Shown: positions 25,111-38,189, counted from the stretch's first letter. The stretch: 64,000 bases of DNA from Hydrolagus colliei (GCA_035084275.1 CM068742.1:79174001-79238000), one strand, 5' to 3'. The notes: generated by a model from the sequence alone, not told the origin. Numbers and translations: made by a program.

Positions 25111-26094
25111 TTATCCGGTAAAGGGACAGTGAAACCAAGTCAGTAACAGTAATTTACTGTTACCAAATATAACCAAATGGTTATAACCAAATATATTTGG
25201 ATCTAACCAGTGAGAGAAGGAAAAGAGGAAGGTATACATCATAACTTTTGGCTTTAGTTATTAAACAGGATCTGAGGTGTTTTTTAGATGGGTTAATTAA
25301 TACAGTAAATCTGTCAAGCATTATGCAGATGCTTTCCAGATGTTGATTTGACCACAATATAATTCTATACCAAAAGTTGACTATTTGGTATATTTTACTA
25401 CCTCACTCCCATGAAGGATTGCTGCCAGAAAAGGATTGAACTTCTCTTTATCATCGTTGCCCAACCACAACTCCCAGACATGTGCATAATAATTGAGACT
25501 AGTGAGGCTAGCATTCACTGAATGTGTCATGAATAATGTGCCTTCCTTCTCAAGCTGCATCAGACTGCATCTGTTCCTTCCCATCCCTGAAGGCTGAACA
25601 ATATCATCTAAAATATCAAATTAATATTTGGTTTAAGAAACTTCTTTTCGTTTTTACTGTCCACCGTTTCTTTTCAAGCGGAGAGCAGACCAATCCTGGA
25701 GTCCATGGAAGTTATTCATGACAGCTGTCGTATTCCATAATTATTATCCAGTAGCCCTCGAGAATCACACATGTGATATGATCTGTAAATATTGAACCAC
25801 AACAAAGGATGTGACACATTGACCTCAGGAGATGTGAATCCAAATCCAGCTTGATAGCTGTCTTAAATCATCATTGAGTTCGGATCCAACAGCCTATTCC
25901 ACTGCAGCCCCAGACTCCACAACATGAATCTCATTTGAAAACCTCAGCTTGAGAGCTCTGAGCTGCCAGGGACAAAAGGCTCATCTGCTGCAGTGAAGAA
26001 TGGTTGAACACTGGTCAAAATGCGACATTGACACTGTTACTGCAGTAAACATTTTCAAATCACTTTATTCCCTCACACTTCCCTCTACTTATTC

Positions 26095-26412
26095 TACCTT
26101 CTTGCCCACACCCCACCACCAGCTGCCTCCGCTCGGATACTCCATCCTCCTAATTGCCCCTCATGTCCTCCACTCCACCATTGGCGGCCGTACCTTCAGC
26201 TGCTACACTCTGGAACTCTTTCCTCAATGTCTCCATGTTGCCTCTGCCTACCCACATTCAAATCCCACCTAAAGGCCTTCCTTTTTGATTGTGCTTATGG
26301 TCACCTGCCCACTCCCACTCCCCCTGGCTCATTGTTAGACTCCGCCACTGTAAAGCATTCCGAGATGCTACCTTGCGTGAGGGGAGATATATAAATGAAA
26401 GTTGGTTGTTGT
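26095..26412 (+). mobile_element. L2 3' fragment
   Basis: STIGGRTFS motif; ATATAAATGAAAGTTGGTTGTTGT tail. Confidence 0.65.
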
Positions 26413-27054
26413 AAACTACACTGAGGAAACCTAAATCATACATTAAAAGTGGAGAATGACAGTAAGTCTTCCTTCCGCTCTTTAATAATGAACTAAAAAG
26501 CACAAATATGGGAAGACTTCGGAAATGGAGCAGCACTTATTTGTCTACTGCCATTATCTGTCTGGGCAGCATGTATTCACCTCCATTTGTGTACAATACT
26601 TAACCTAACCTGTTTGCTCATTGCCACTTCAACTCTTCTGATCTTGAGATTTTATCTGCTTGTTAGTTCATGGTTATATCAAATATATATGGGAGTACCA
26701 TCAGTTTGCAATGGGATTCACTGATAGAACCTCAGAGTAAATAATGGAGAATACTGGCAATGACTATTAGTACATTATTGCCAATTTACTGACTTCCGCA
26801 CAAAGTATACAGTCAATTCACTTTACAGTATATTCTGTGAACTGATGTCTCGAAGATGTTTTAAGGCACTCCTTCAAAGGCAAGGATTATTAAAAATTAT
26901 GATTCCCTCTCCAAAGCATTGGAACAGATTATGGGGGTAAAGTAGACGGATTACTGGCAGGAAATAGTCCATATTCATGGCGATGAGTTTTCTGATGGTG
27001 AATCCTGTTGCAAACTGTGAGTAAATTCAATTTATCTTTACAGTTTTCCTTTGT

Positions 27055-27410
27055 GGAGACCTATTGCACAGTGGTTATATCACTCGCAAGCAAGAGACCT
27101 GGGTTTGATTGCCAGGCAGGGTGAAACATTGGGCAAGCATCTTTACTCCGCATGCCTCTGTTTATCTAGCAATGAGTAGAAACCTGGTTGATAGTCAATT
27201 GGTGGATCGCTTTTTCAGGCATAATAATTCCTTTAAAAAATAATAATACCAATAAAATTGGTCACTCAATCCAATACCATTTGTGTGCAATTGGCTGTCG
27301 CATTTCGCCCACAATTATACAGTCAATTCACTTTACAGTATATTCTGTGAAGCACTTTGACACATCTCAAAGACGTGATATCAAATGCAAGGATTATTTA
27401 TTTTATTATT
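27055..27410 (+). mobile_element. tRNA-derived SINE, long subfamily
   Basis: Head, internal block and tail present; a separate tail-only fragment lies at ~26795-26892. Confidence 0.8.
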
Positions 27411-28800
27411 TTGCAATCTTGAAACCTCAAAAAGATCTCCCCAGAGAACCTCTCTTTTCCAGCTAGAATATTCCTAGTTTCTATTCCATGGAGTTGAGCT
27501 ACCTTACCATAAATTAGTTGTTCTCCACTCTAGCTTCTACAATGGTAAGCCATTCCTACTGTTACTGCAGTGACCAGACTATACTCTGGTGGAACAGGAC
27601 AAGTGTTCTGTACATGATTGCTGTCACTTACTGGAATTCATGCTTCATGCCCCTGGCTGTACATTCTGAGACTCAGTTTGCTTTCTTTACTGCTGCCAAA
27701 CACTGTGCTTTCAGTGCATTATCAAGCAGTGCCCAGATGCTTCACGTGCATTGTGTCCCGCAGTCTATTACCTTCAGTATGTATTCCCTCTGCTCATTCA
27801 CCCTCCCCAGTCTAATCACTTTGTGTTTACCTAAATTAAATGGCATCTATCATTTATCAGCCCAAAATATCTATTGAGGTCTCTCTATATTTGGTCTACT
27901 TGTTTTCTTATGGCCATCAGGGAGAGGAGACATTCTTCCTCTTCGTTTTGGATTCGGTTTCAGGTCCCGAAGGTGAAAGGACAATGTTGTAATCCAATGT
28001 GCAGCCAAGCCCCTCATAATGAGTTTTTGATGTTTTTCCTGCAAGGTTCATTAACAGTGCATCAGCTCTCCACACCTTCTCTGAGGACCCAATGTGGCTT
28101 CAGTGCAATAATGAAGGCAAAGTCTGCCTTGTGATTTGGGACATTCACGCAGCTCAATTCTGTTCCTTCTTTCAGCTGGTGCAGGTGCACTTTCCTCAAC
28201 AATCCCATTCCTGGGGCAATGTTCCGTCTGAGAGAAACACACATGGAGCTAATTTACATCTGAAAACAAAGGTCAACTGACATATTTTTAATGCAATTTT
28301 GTTGTTAATATTAAAGCCTGATGTGAACTATTAAAAAGGACACTTGAGATTACTGAATGCTCATTCTTGTACAGGATTAGTAAATATTGACTGAATCATA
28401 GTTGACAGGCTGTTTATATTAACACCCTCATGTTAATAAACTGATGCAAATACATAATATTTTTTAAAGGACAATATACCAGTCAGTACCAGTGCAGTAA
28501 CAATGTCCTTTGTTCTAGTTAAAATCATGACAGTGATTTGTAATTATACTTAATAGTCTTTACTTCATTTTGATTTAGAACTTCTTTGCAAAAACAATAT
28601 GTTTGATAACTTGAATAGTACAGGCAGCTCGTATCTTTTCTGCAATTAAAACTGAAAGCTGCCATGAACTCAGTTTGCCTATAGGTTGGAAAATGCTGCA
28701 TGTTCCAAAATGTCTGGAAATATGATCTGAATTACATGGGTAGGATTTTGTTTGTTATGAAGTCTAGCCTTTCCAATCCTGGGAAATTGAACACTTTCCT

Positions 28801-29161
28801 ATTATAATAATCCTTACATTTGATATAGCACCTTATCATCTCTTCGAGATGTTTCAAAGCGCTTCACAAATATATTGCAAAATTAACTGACTCTACATTT
28901 TGAAGCAAAACGCAAGAGCCAATTGTGCACAGCAGTGTCTCACAAAAAGTCTTCGATTGAGTGACCAATTTTTTTTGAAGAAATGATTAACCCCGGAAAA
29001 GTGATCTGCCAAGCGACTAACAGCCAGGTTCCTATTTACTGCTAGACAAACAGAAGAGTGTGGAGTAAGAAAACTTGCCCAACATTTTGCCCTGTCAGGA
29101 ATTCAACCCAGGTCATCTCGCTTGTGAGGCAAGTGCTCGAACCACTGACCTACGGAACTCC
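28801..29161 (-). mobile_element. tRNA-derived SINE, long subfamily
   Basis: Full-length reverse-complement copy. Confidence 0.85.
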
Positions 29162-29671
29162 TAGGTCCGGCACAAGTGACACTCAGGGTATAGTGGTCTC
29201 TCGTTTGCCTCATCTTACATCTTCAAAGGAATATTGCTCATCTGACATTTTCCCTTTCCACATCAGGTTGTGTGAGGTGCCTTTTAGCAAGATTATCCCC
29301 TTGCTACGAAATGATCAGTGCTCTGATTCTACACCCACTCAAGAACAAGTCAAGGCTCTCAACCTTGTTAAACATTGGATCCTTGCAGACATACAAGACT
29401 TCCATCTCATCTACAGACTAGAATCAAACACAGACCTCCCAGGATTTAATCACAATTTATCACAACTCAGATTCATATACAAAAGTTCCAATCACTTTTT
29501 GGCTGCCTTATAACTGTTTTCCAAACTTAGAGCCACCAAAAACATTACTCGTATACATCATCTTTCATGAAGGAGAGCATCTCAAAGTGCCTTATATAGA
29601 CAGGAACACTAAGCAAGGAGGGAGGAAAAATGATTTAATATATAATAACAATAATAATAATCCTTGCATTT

Positions 29672-29803
29672 GATACAGTCAATTTTCCTATTCTTCATTC
29701 TGCCCCGACCCCTCCCTTCCTTCTCTTGTCCCTACCTAACTGTACAGTGCCTTGGGACGTCCTCTTAACGTGAAGACTTATACAAATGTAAATATTGATT
29801 ATT
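29672..29803 (+). mobile_element. 3' end of L2-tailed element with (TTGA)n tail
   Basis: TACAGTCAATTTTCCTA...CTAACTGTACAGTGCCTTGGGACGTCC...ATTGATT; same family as 35896 and 47663. Confidence 0.65.
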
Positions 29804-29809
29804 ACTATA

Positions 29810-30075
29810 TTTTGAGAGAAGCATTTTTTCTCTCAAAGGGTGGTAGAAATCTGGAATTCTCTACCCGAAAAGGTTGTGGATGCTGGATCCATCCACACCT
29901 TCAAGAGTGAGGTTGATACATTTTTGGTAGATCAGGGTATTAAGGGATATGGGGAGAAAGCGGAAAATTGGAATTGAAAGGATTTGTAGAGATATAGATC
30001 ACCAGCCATGATCTAATTAAATGGCAGAATAGGCTCGACAGGCTGAATGGACTACTCCTGTTCCTATGTTCCTAC
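29810..30075 (+). mobile_element. CR1 LINE 3' end
   Basis: Encodes FFSQRVVEIWNSLPEKVVDA, followed by the CR1 3' UTR and TTCCTATGTTCCTA tail. Confidence 0.85.
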
Positions 30076-30789
30076 ATTAGCAAACACGCCAGCCAATTTG
30101 CACAGCAATGTCCCACAAATAAGTCAAAAAGTCAATGATCATTTTATTGCTCTCTGGGGGATTGGTAACCAGGACATCAAGAGAAACAAAGGTCTCTCCT
30201 CAATTAAAGTGTACATGTTAAATACATATGCTGTCCTGTTGATCAAGCGTTTTAAAATTTTCCTGAAATAATGAAGGAATGGAATGTGTTTTGAAATACA
30301 GCATTTTCCATGTTTTACACGCAGAGTAGTAGATATGAGTAACAAACCTCAAGAAGAGATGATTCTGGTTTGTTAAAGCTTTACAAAAGAACTGGATAAA
30401 TATCAGCTGGGAACACCACTGAATAATAAAGACATCAGGCCAACTGAGATAAACAGACTGAAAGAGCCACAATGATTTCTGTGTTGCTGGGTTCAATGAG
30501 AAAGAGAGGGCATTTATATGTGGGAGCATGTTTGAAAAGAAAAGATGTAGCGACTGAAGAATATCATGACAACAACAAAAAATATTTTATTTGATATAGC
30601 GCGCTTCATGTCAGCAGGATGTCTCAAAGCTCTTCACAGGATATGATGTAAAGCGGAGCCTATGTATTCTGTAGGCAAACATGACAACCTTTTGCATGGC
30701 TTAGGATGGAGCAGGCTTCATGGACTGGATGACCTTTCTTGTTCAAGCCAATGTTTTTTAATCCACAGGATTTGAAAACAACGAATCAT

Positions 30790-31345
30790 ACTTCCATAGT
30801 CCCCTTCACATCAGAAAGACATGCCAGGGCACTGGACAGTCAGGTATTTTTGTACCGGAGCAGGGAGTTTGGATTGGAATGGTGGAAGTCAGTGGGAGTG
30901 GGAAGATGGCTAGAGGCACGGTTGAAGAGGAAAGTCTGTCAGTGTGCCTTGAAGGAGGCAAGCGAGGGGTTGAAGCGTGTGATTTCAGAATAAAGTTCCA
31001 GCGTTTGGTGGCAGAGATACTGATCGCTTGACCACCAATGTTGCGACAGGATGTGCGAGGGAGCTGAAGCAGGTTGATGTCTGCCAACTAGAGGGAGTGG
31101 ACAGGCTGATATGGGGTTAGAAGGTCAGAGAGGTAGGGGGAAAGCAAGAACCATTGAGGGCTTTGAAGGTGAGATAATCTGAGGCATGGGTAACCAGTGA
31201 TTCAAGCAAGAATGGGGGTGATTGGTTTGCGGAGCCTGGTGCATGAGAGCACACAAGCTGAAGAATTTTGAATAATCAGTAGCTTGTGGAGGAACGAGTT
31301 GGGAAGTGCAGCGAGCTGGGAGTTGGTGTAGTCAAGCTGGGACAA
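30790..31345 (-). mobile_element. Old L2 3' fragment
   Basis: NIGGQAISISATKRWN and CCAGCTTGACTAC (SRLDY-like) in reverse orientation. Confidence 0.7.
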
Positions 31346-32805
31346 TCAAGCTCGACTATGTGCACTATTTTCTTGTTACTCTTTCTACCTTGACGGTGTC
31401 CTATACTATCAAATTTAGCCTTTCACTACAGTTTTTTTAAAGCAAGTTACAAGATGCGCTTCAAAACCACTTGAATATAAGTTTAGACTGGTTAATTTGA
31501 CGTTCTGTAGCTCTTTGGCAAGACTAAAACTGGAATATTGAGTGTCTGTTGAACAGTTTACCTTCAAAAGGACATTGCATTGAAGAAAAAATGCATGTAT
31601 AAGGGAACCGAGACAATTTTGGCACTTAACATGCTAATTTGTGGGGAGAAGCTGACTCAAGGGACTTGATGTAAATTGAAGAAAGTTTGAGTGAGACATG
31701 ATTCATCTCTGAAAGATACTGAAAGGCGAGGATAAACTGAATAAAGCTGGTTGTTTAATTTAGACTAGAAATGCAGGAGTTGAGGACACAAGCACAAAAT
31801 CAATAGACTCCCATCCAAATAACTTAAAGGTATTGATCAACTCCTGTAAAAAATGAATTGGAGGAAAACATGCCTATGCCAGGTATTGTAAATGGAAGAA
31901 TAAGAACAAGTGTGGATCTTGTGCTATCTGGACAATATAAATGTCAGCTGAGAAATGACCTGAATAAATTAGATTGGAATGTGACATTGATGTTTCACCT
32001 TGCAGGGTAAGAGACAAAGAGAAATATCAATGCCTTTATCTTCTCTCCTTCCTATGAAAATGCTTGTCTTTGGGATAATGTTTGTCTTCTGAGGTTTTAA
32101 TGGAAAACTCTTAAGGGATAAACACTAACATTTCTATTTTCCCCTGAGCTTCTAAAGGTGAAACCCTTAAATATCATCGTCACATTACAATCCAATTTAT
32201 TCCAATCATTCCACAAATGTCATGTTTGTTGTTCAAATAGCACAGCGTCCACAGATGTTCCTACTCTTACACACCCAGTTCTCTACTTAGTCAAGTATTC
32301 CTCTAATTCCTTTCCTTTAGATGTCTTTGTAGGGATATTTGTATGTTTGAAATAATACTATTACCATAGAACCATAGACATCTATAGCACAGAAAGTAAG
32401 TCCACATAGCTCACCATGTCCTTCCTGGATCATGGTTTGATTAGTCGGGTGGCTGATATATGCTGAAACCCATCAGGAATGATAAATGTTGAAACCCATC
32501 ACCATGTTGAAGGATATCCAACACAGACTGGGTTCTCCATATGCAAGTCATGAAAAGATCTCTGTGCTTCGAATGGAATGCCTATCCTCTCCCCTGGAAG
32601 AATTAGCCAGTATAGTTAATTCTGGAGAGTATTAAGCATATTTGGTATTATATTTTATGCCGTATTTATAGAACTGAAAACCTCATTAGCTTTCTTCATA
32701 GCTTTGTCCACCAGCCTTCCATTGTTAAAATGTTGTGTATGTTAACCTCTATGCTGTACATATACAAAGTGAGCAGCACATTTTCTTACTTGAGAGAGGA
32801 TACTC

Positions 32806-33114
32806 TAATAATATAAATCGTCCTTGCATTTGATATAGTGCTTGTCATGTCTTCTAGACGTCTCAAAGCACTTCACAGAATATACTGTAAAGTGAATTGA
32901 CTGTATTTTTGGGGGGCAAAACACAGCAGCCAAATTGCACACAGCAGTGTCCCACAACAATCGTGGATTGAAATGACCAATTATTAATAATTTTAGCGAT
33001 TTTTGTTAGGCATGTGGAATAAGGAAAGATGCCCAAGGTTTCGCCCTGCCTGGAATCAAACCTAGGTCTCTCGTTTGCAAGGCGAGTGCTCTATCCACTG
33101 AGCTACAGGACTCC
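32806..33114 (-). mobile_element. tRNA-derived SINE, short subfamily
   Basis: Head GGAGTCCTGTAGCTCAGTGGATAGAGCACTCGCC; no internal block. Confidence 0.85.
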
Positions 33115-33299
33115 ACAAAGAGTAAGGCTAATACCAAGATGACACGGCAGAACATTGCTACAAATCAGAGATTCTAATATACACAAAAATACAAGATTAG
33201 TTCAGATGAAGAAGCCTCTTTTGCCCCATCTGATGTCAATCCCAACAGAATGCCCACTCGACTGTTCTCCCATCACAGCAACAAACAGCAATTTAAATG

Positions 33300-33518
33300 A
33301 AATGCAAAATACTGCAGATAAGAACATAAGAAATGCTAGACAAAAAAAGACCAAAGTCCATCTAGTTTACCTTCCTGGCAGTTGCATGCACATATGTCTC
33401 AGCTGCTGGAAATCTGAAACAAATGCAAAGTATGCTGGGAACACTCAGCAGGTCAGGCAGCATCTATGGAGAAAGGAAAGCGGGTCAACGTTTCGGGTTG
33501 ATGACCCTACGTCAGAAT
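33300..33518 (-). mobile_element. Penelope-like short element with hammerhead-like motif, interrupted by a ~80 bp CR1-type tail (~33320-33402)
   Basis: Minus strand reads TTCTGACGTAGGGTCATCAACCCGAAACGTTGAC...GATGCTGCCTGACCTGCTGAGTG. The element end (AAAATACTGCAGAT, 33306-33319) is separated from the rest by AAGAACATAAGAAATG.... Confidence 0.7.
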
Positions 33519-34084
33519 CACTTGTCACTCACCATGTCAAAACAGTGTGAAACAGCAATAAACAAGGCAAACAGGGCTATGTTATTAAATCAGTTCAGAT
33601 ACACAGGAAATACAGTATACCATGGCTGTATGTGAGATATCGCTGTGCACAAATGGCATTTGACTCCAAAATAGATAATTGCTACATTTTATAGTGAACT
33701 TGTCACAGATTGGGAGTGAATCCTGTCAATGGTTGGGAGAGGATGTCTCATTCTTTGATATATTCTGCCTATGTGAAAGATATTCAAATTCAAAGCTTAT
33801 TATTATTTGGCTGACTCCATGAACAAGAACAAGAAAAGGAAGCAATATATTCAAATACCTCTAGCTTGTTGAAAGTTCTCACAAATGTATCTCCAAAAGA
33901 AACCAAGCTGAAATGTCCAGGAAATTGTTTGTTTTGCGCAAAAGCTTGTTTTGCAAGCTCATTTTAGCCCCTCAGGAAACTGAAACGATGAAACACAGCC
34001 AGCAAAGGAAATGATCCACACAGCACTGAAAACAGCTGTTTGGAGCACTGAACACTGATTCACCGTGGGGAGAAATTGAATATC

Positions 34085-34380
34085 AGCCTGGTTCAATTGG
34101 TAGTACTTGCCTCTGAGTCAGAAAGTGTGTATCCATATTTGGCCTTGGAATTCATAAAGTCCAAGACTGTGTGTGATTTGTGGGTTGTGTGACTATCAAT
34201 TGTACTGAGCCATGTCCTTCAAACAGCCAAGAATAAATAACCAATTTTAATCAGGGAAGTTTTGGCCAGGATGCTGGGAGAAATTCTCCTGGAGCAATGC
34301 CATGGGATCTTTAATGTCTATCTATTCAGATGCTTGGTTTCACATCTCATCTGAAGGATGGCACTTCTATCAATGCACCT
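34085..34380. mobile_element. DeuSINE-like fragments (head on +, Deu segment on -)
   Basis: CAGCCTGGTTCAATTGGTAGTACTTGCCTCTGAGTCAGAA; TTGGCCAGGA...TGCCATGGGATCTTTAATGTC. Confidence 0.55.
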
Positions 34381-34382
34381 TT

Positions 34383-34770
34383 GGAATCCTGTAGCATAGT
34401 GATTTGCATCCTCACTGGACAAGAAAACAAGAAGATCTGGGTTTGTATACTGGTCAGGGCGAAACTTTAGGCATTTTCATTACAGTACTTCACACACACA
34501 CTTCTTTTCACCTAGCAGTCAGTAGAAACATGCTTGTTTGGGGAGGTTAATCCTGCCTCCCCCCACCCACCACCCACAATAGTAGCAATTCGGTCACTCA
34601 ATCTACGGCTGTTTGTGGGATACTGCTGTGCGCAATTGGCTGCTGCATTTCGCCCACATATACAGTACGTATAGAGTCAATTCACTTTACAGCATATTCT
34701 GTGAAGCACTTTGAGATGTCTAGAAGACGTGAACAGTGCTATATCAAATACAAGGACTATTATTATTATT
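34383..34770 (+). mobile_element. tRNA-derived SINE, long subfamily
   Basis: GGAATCCTGTAGC head through CTATATCAAATACAAGGAC(TAT)n tail. Confidence 0.8.
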
Positions 34771-35895
34771 AAGTTCCCAGTGACAAGTTTAGTCAATCAG
34801 CACCTGCACGGAAAGAATCATAGTCACTTCCTTCCTTCTTGCTCCCAGAATTCTCAGGCTGGCCAACAATGGCTTATTCATGCAGGCAGCTGCAGGTACA
34901 AAAGCCTTTTATGAATGGGAAGTTTCCAACTGTCCTTATAACAATATAAAGCAGGAACAATTGGTAGCCTATTCTTATAGCCTTGAAACGTTTAGCATCA
35001 CTGGTCTTTTTTGCTTTAGTATGTGGAAAGAGCAGATCCCAGGAGAGGGGGTTCACTTTGAACCTAACATAACAAAGAGTTCCAATCTAAATGAAGTTGG
35101 CTTTGGTTTTTCTGAACTCTTTCAATGGTTGGGCAAATTCCAACCTCTGTTTGAGGCTAGATTGACTTGAAAATGAATGTCGCCATTAATGCCTGGTGTG
35201 CAATGCAACGGGGGAAATTCCATCCTGTTTCTTGCTGGAATGGAATTAGCAAATTCATAGGTCAATGTGTGACTTGCTGGTGCATAAGGCAAGTGTGATA
35301 CCACTTGAGCTTCTTTTACTACCCAATTAATGTGGGGGTGACAATCTCATCCACTTCCTTCTGCAGGGTTTACCCATTTGATGATGAACAACATGTGTAC
35401 TTAAAATGTACAATGTTGAAATCAAGGTTTCATTAGAAAGTATTGTAAGGATAGCATCAGGATGAAGTTTACTGGATACTCTCGTCTTTTCATTCTAAAC
35501 TTATTTTCTTCAGAACCAAGACCTGATTCCTATGAGACGCTGAGTTATCAATGGTGGCTTTTTGCTATGGACCTCTGCATCTTTATCCTTGAGCCACCAT
35601 AATAACTTCATGTGTTACACTGGATGCTTTGTTTCAATGTTATGATCAAGAAATGGTTTATTTATTCAGCATGGCCTTTTCTCTGTGTCTACTGTGTCTA
35701 ACTGCCGCAGTGCTACTACATCTGGCAGGGTGGGAAGTGGAATGGGACTTCCATAACACACATTGTATATCATTCATGAATTTAAATCAGTCTTTCTGTG
35801 AGTGTAAAATCTTGGGTAACTCACCAGACAAACAATTGTCATCCTATTTTGGAATGTTAGGGTAGGGCAATGGATATGACTCAACAGTCAAGTAT

Positions 35896-36565
35896 CAACC
35901 AATCAATCAAAACTTTCATTTATATAGCGGCTTTTGTGTCGGGAGGATGTCCCAAGGCACTGTACAGTCAGGTAGGGACCAGAGTAGTGGGGGAGGGGTC
36001 TGGGCAGGAGGAAGGAGAATAGGAAAAAATTACTGTATATTTGTGGGTGAAATGCGGCAGCCAGATTGTGCACAGCAGTGTCCCACAAACAGTCGCAGAA
36101 GTGGGGTTAGGGGAGAAAGGTGGAAAAAGCAGTAAAGGGGGAGAGGGAGGGAAAAATGTAGTGGGGTAAAGTCAGGGAGGAAAAGGGGGGAGAAAGGGGG
36201 GTAATGGGAGAGAGGGAGATAAAGGTAGGGGGGGTTAACAGCAGGGAGAAATAGGGGAGGGAGGGAAGGGGGAAAAAGGAGGGGAGGGAAAAAATGGGGG
36301 GGGAAGGGAAGGAAGAGGGTGAAGAGGGAGAGGGAAGAAAAAAGGGAAGTAAGGAGAAGGAGGGGAAAGGAAGGGAAGGGGATAGAGAGGGTAGGGGTGA
36401 AGAAAAACAAGAGGAAGGAAAAGGGAGAAAGAGAGGGTGAAGAGAAAGCAGGGAAGAGGGAGAATAAAAAGGGAAGTAAAAAGGAGGTAGAGATGGGCAA
36501 AGAAGGGAGAAAAGGGGGAAAGAAAATAGTGGGGGAAAGGTTAGGGGGGAAAGGGGGGGGGGGTG
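35896..36565 (-). mobile_element. L2-tailed element carrying the SINE body segment and a long polypyrimidine (minus strand) tract
   Basis: (CAAT)n tail, L2 stem-loop, ACTGTATATTTGTGGGTGAAATGCGGCAGCC...GTGTCCCACAAACAGTCG, then ~460 bp of G/A-rich sequence. Confidence 0.7.
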
Positions 36566-36687
36566 ATTAATCAGCAACAACAAACAACAAAAACAGTAAT
36601 AACAACAGCAACAAAGTCCTTGAGCTCAGCCAGCAACCGCTCCTTGTCCTTGCTGCCCGCCTGGAAGCTCTTTAGGGCAGAATGTAT

Positions 36688-37822
36688 CAGTGACTTGCGG
36701 TGGGTAAAATGACAGGGTAGGCACTTCCCTGAGGGCCACGCCCCCAAAGCAGCATCAGACTGCTTTTTCCTATCCTTTACATATTTACAGTTCTAATACT
36801 GCTTACAATCCCACGCCTTCATCACCTTTGCACCAAGCTATACTGTATATTAGATGTCAGTTACATTCCTTAGGCGAAGTATAACAATAAGAGTATTTAT
36901 AAATGTTTAAATTCACTTACATATTTATTTGAAGATGAAGTCCATCCGCCTTTCCTTCCGAACAAAGATTTCCGTAACCAAACTGTAAAAATCATTGGTC
37001 TTGGTGCCCTGTAGTTTTAAAAGCCTTTCCTTTCCAATTAACTTCATTCAATTCAGAATGATAATGGCTTATTGTCTGAATAAGCCATGAATGCAAGTTC
37101 CACCTCGTCGGTGCAGCCCTACACATACATCGCTTCACGACTTCATCAAGAAACCTCATGCGTTTGGTAGATTTGTTGAACAATCAAGAAAATCCCTCTA
37201 CTGTTTTAAAAAATATTTTACATTCAGGGATGAGTTTTGCAGACTGAGAAAGTACTAGATTAAACTTATGAGTGTAACAGTGTGTAAATGTCGCTGCTAG
37301 AGCTTTTTCTTTTCTTTTGGCCTGAACTCCATTTAGTTCTGATACCATTACAGAGACATCATAGGTCTGAGCTACCAGCTTTTGTACTCAGTTGTATGTT
37401 TCCAGGGCCCACAAAATATACTCTAACAAAGCCACTGCTGTTCTGTCACTGCTCACATCATCAAACCCCAGAAATGCTTCCTTCACTTCACTGTTCAGCA
37501 CGTACCGTAAAATCATAGAGGCCTGAGCTTTGTTACTAATGTCAATTGACTCGTCTACTTCAACAGCAACAAATGGTGCTTGAAAATTCTCTTCTTTGAT
37601 GTTATTTCTTATAACTTCGCTGATTGCTTCAACCAAATTGTTTTGAGTTCTGTTAGACAGACCGGAAAATACCAAGGATGACTGCAAATGTGTGGCTAAC
37701 TTCTCATCGTAGCTAGCAATGAGGTGTATTAGCTCTACTTAATTGCCAAGATTAACAGAACAGCTACTCTCATCATTACCGTGGATGGCAAGCTCCTGTC
37801 TGATTAGATGGCAAGTGGCATC
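36688..37822 (-). pseudogene. Decayed, internally deleted hAT transposase (DUF4371/ZMYM1-like) with one terminus
   Basis: Minus-strand motifs QELAIHGNDES...N.GN, SNRTQNNLVEAI, VEVDESIDISNKAQ..ILRYV, HCYTHKFNLVL, KSTKR...APTRWN, and C-terminal FVRKERRMDFIFK* (stop 36925-36927). Terminus CAGTGACTTGCGGTG at 36688. Confidence 0.85.
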
Positions 37823-37899
37823 TACTCCGCTCCCTCCCGCCCACTGACCACATCAACCATCTCCAGTTAGTGTTCTCTTAATTGTATTTATTATCATAT

Positions 37900-38118
37900 T
37901 TATATATTTACTAAACAACTAATAATAAATGTAATCAGCTAATATCCCTTAAATTAATAAAATTTTCTAATTTTTTTTCTAACTATTTATTAATTAACAA
38001 CGTATAGTCGAAACAATGTATATTGGGACGACGTATAGCGAGGAGTTCCAGTACGTCGTTTCAATTAAAGTCACACTTTTCAAGAACACATCCCCAACGT
38101 TAATTGAGGAGTCCAGTA
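37900..38118. mobile_element. Tigger/pogo-like DNA transposon end
   Basis: TTAAAGTCACACTTTTCAAGAAC...CAACGTTAATTGAGGAGTCCAG|TA and internal CGACGTATAGCGAGGAG resemble Tigger-type termini followed by TA. Confidence 0.45.
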
Positions 38119-38189
38119 TTCCCCTCCCAGCATTCAATCAATCAATCAATGTGGGGGGGTGTTAAAATCATGGAGAAATGGGGAAGGCG

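Noticed and set aside
29058-29513. 151-aa ORF
   Set aside because: Starts within an antisense SINE; no recognisable domain.
36030-36583. 156-158 aa Pro/Leu/Phe-rich ORFs
   Set aside because: Polypurine/polypyrimidine low-complexity sequence.
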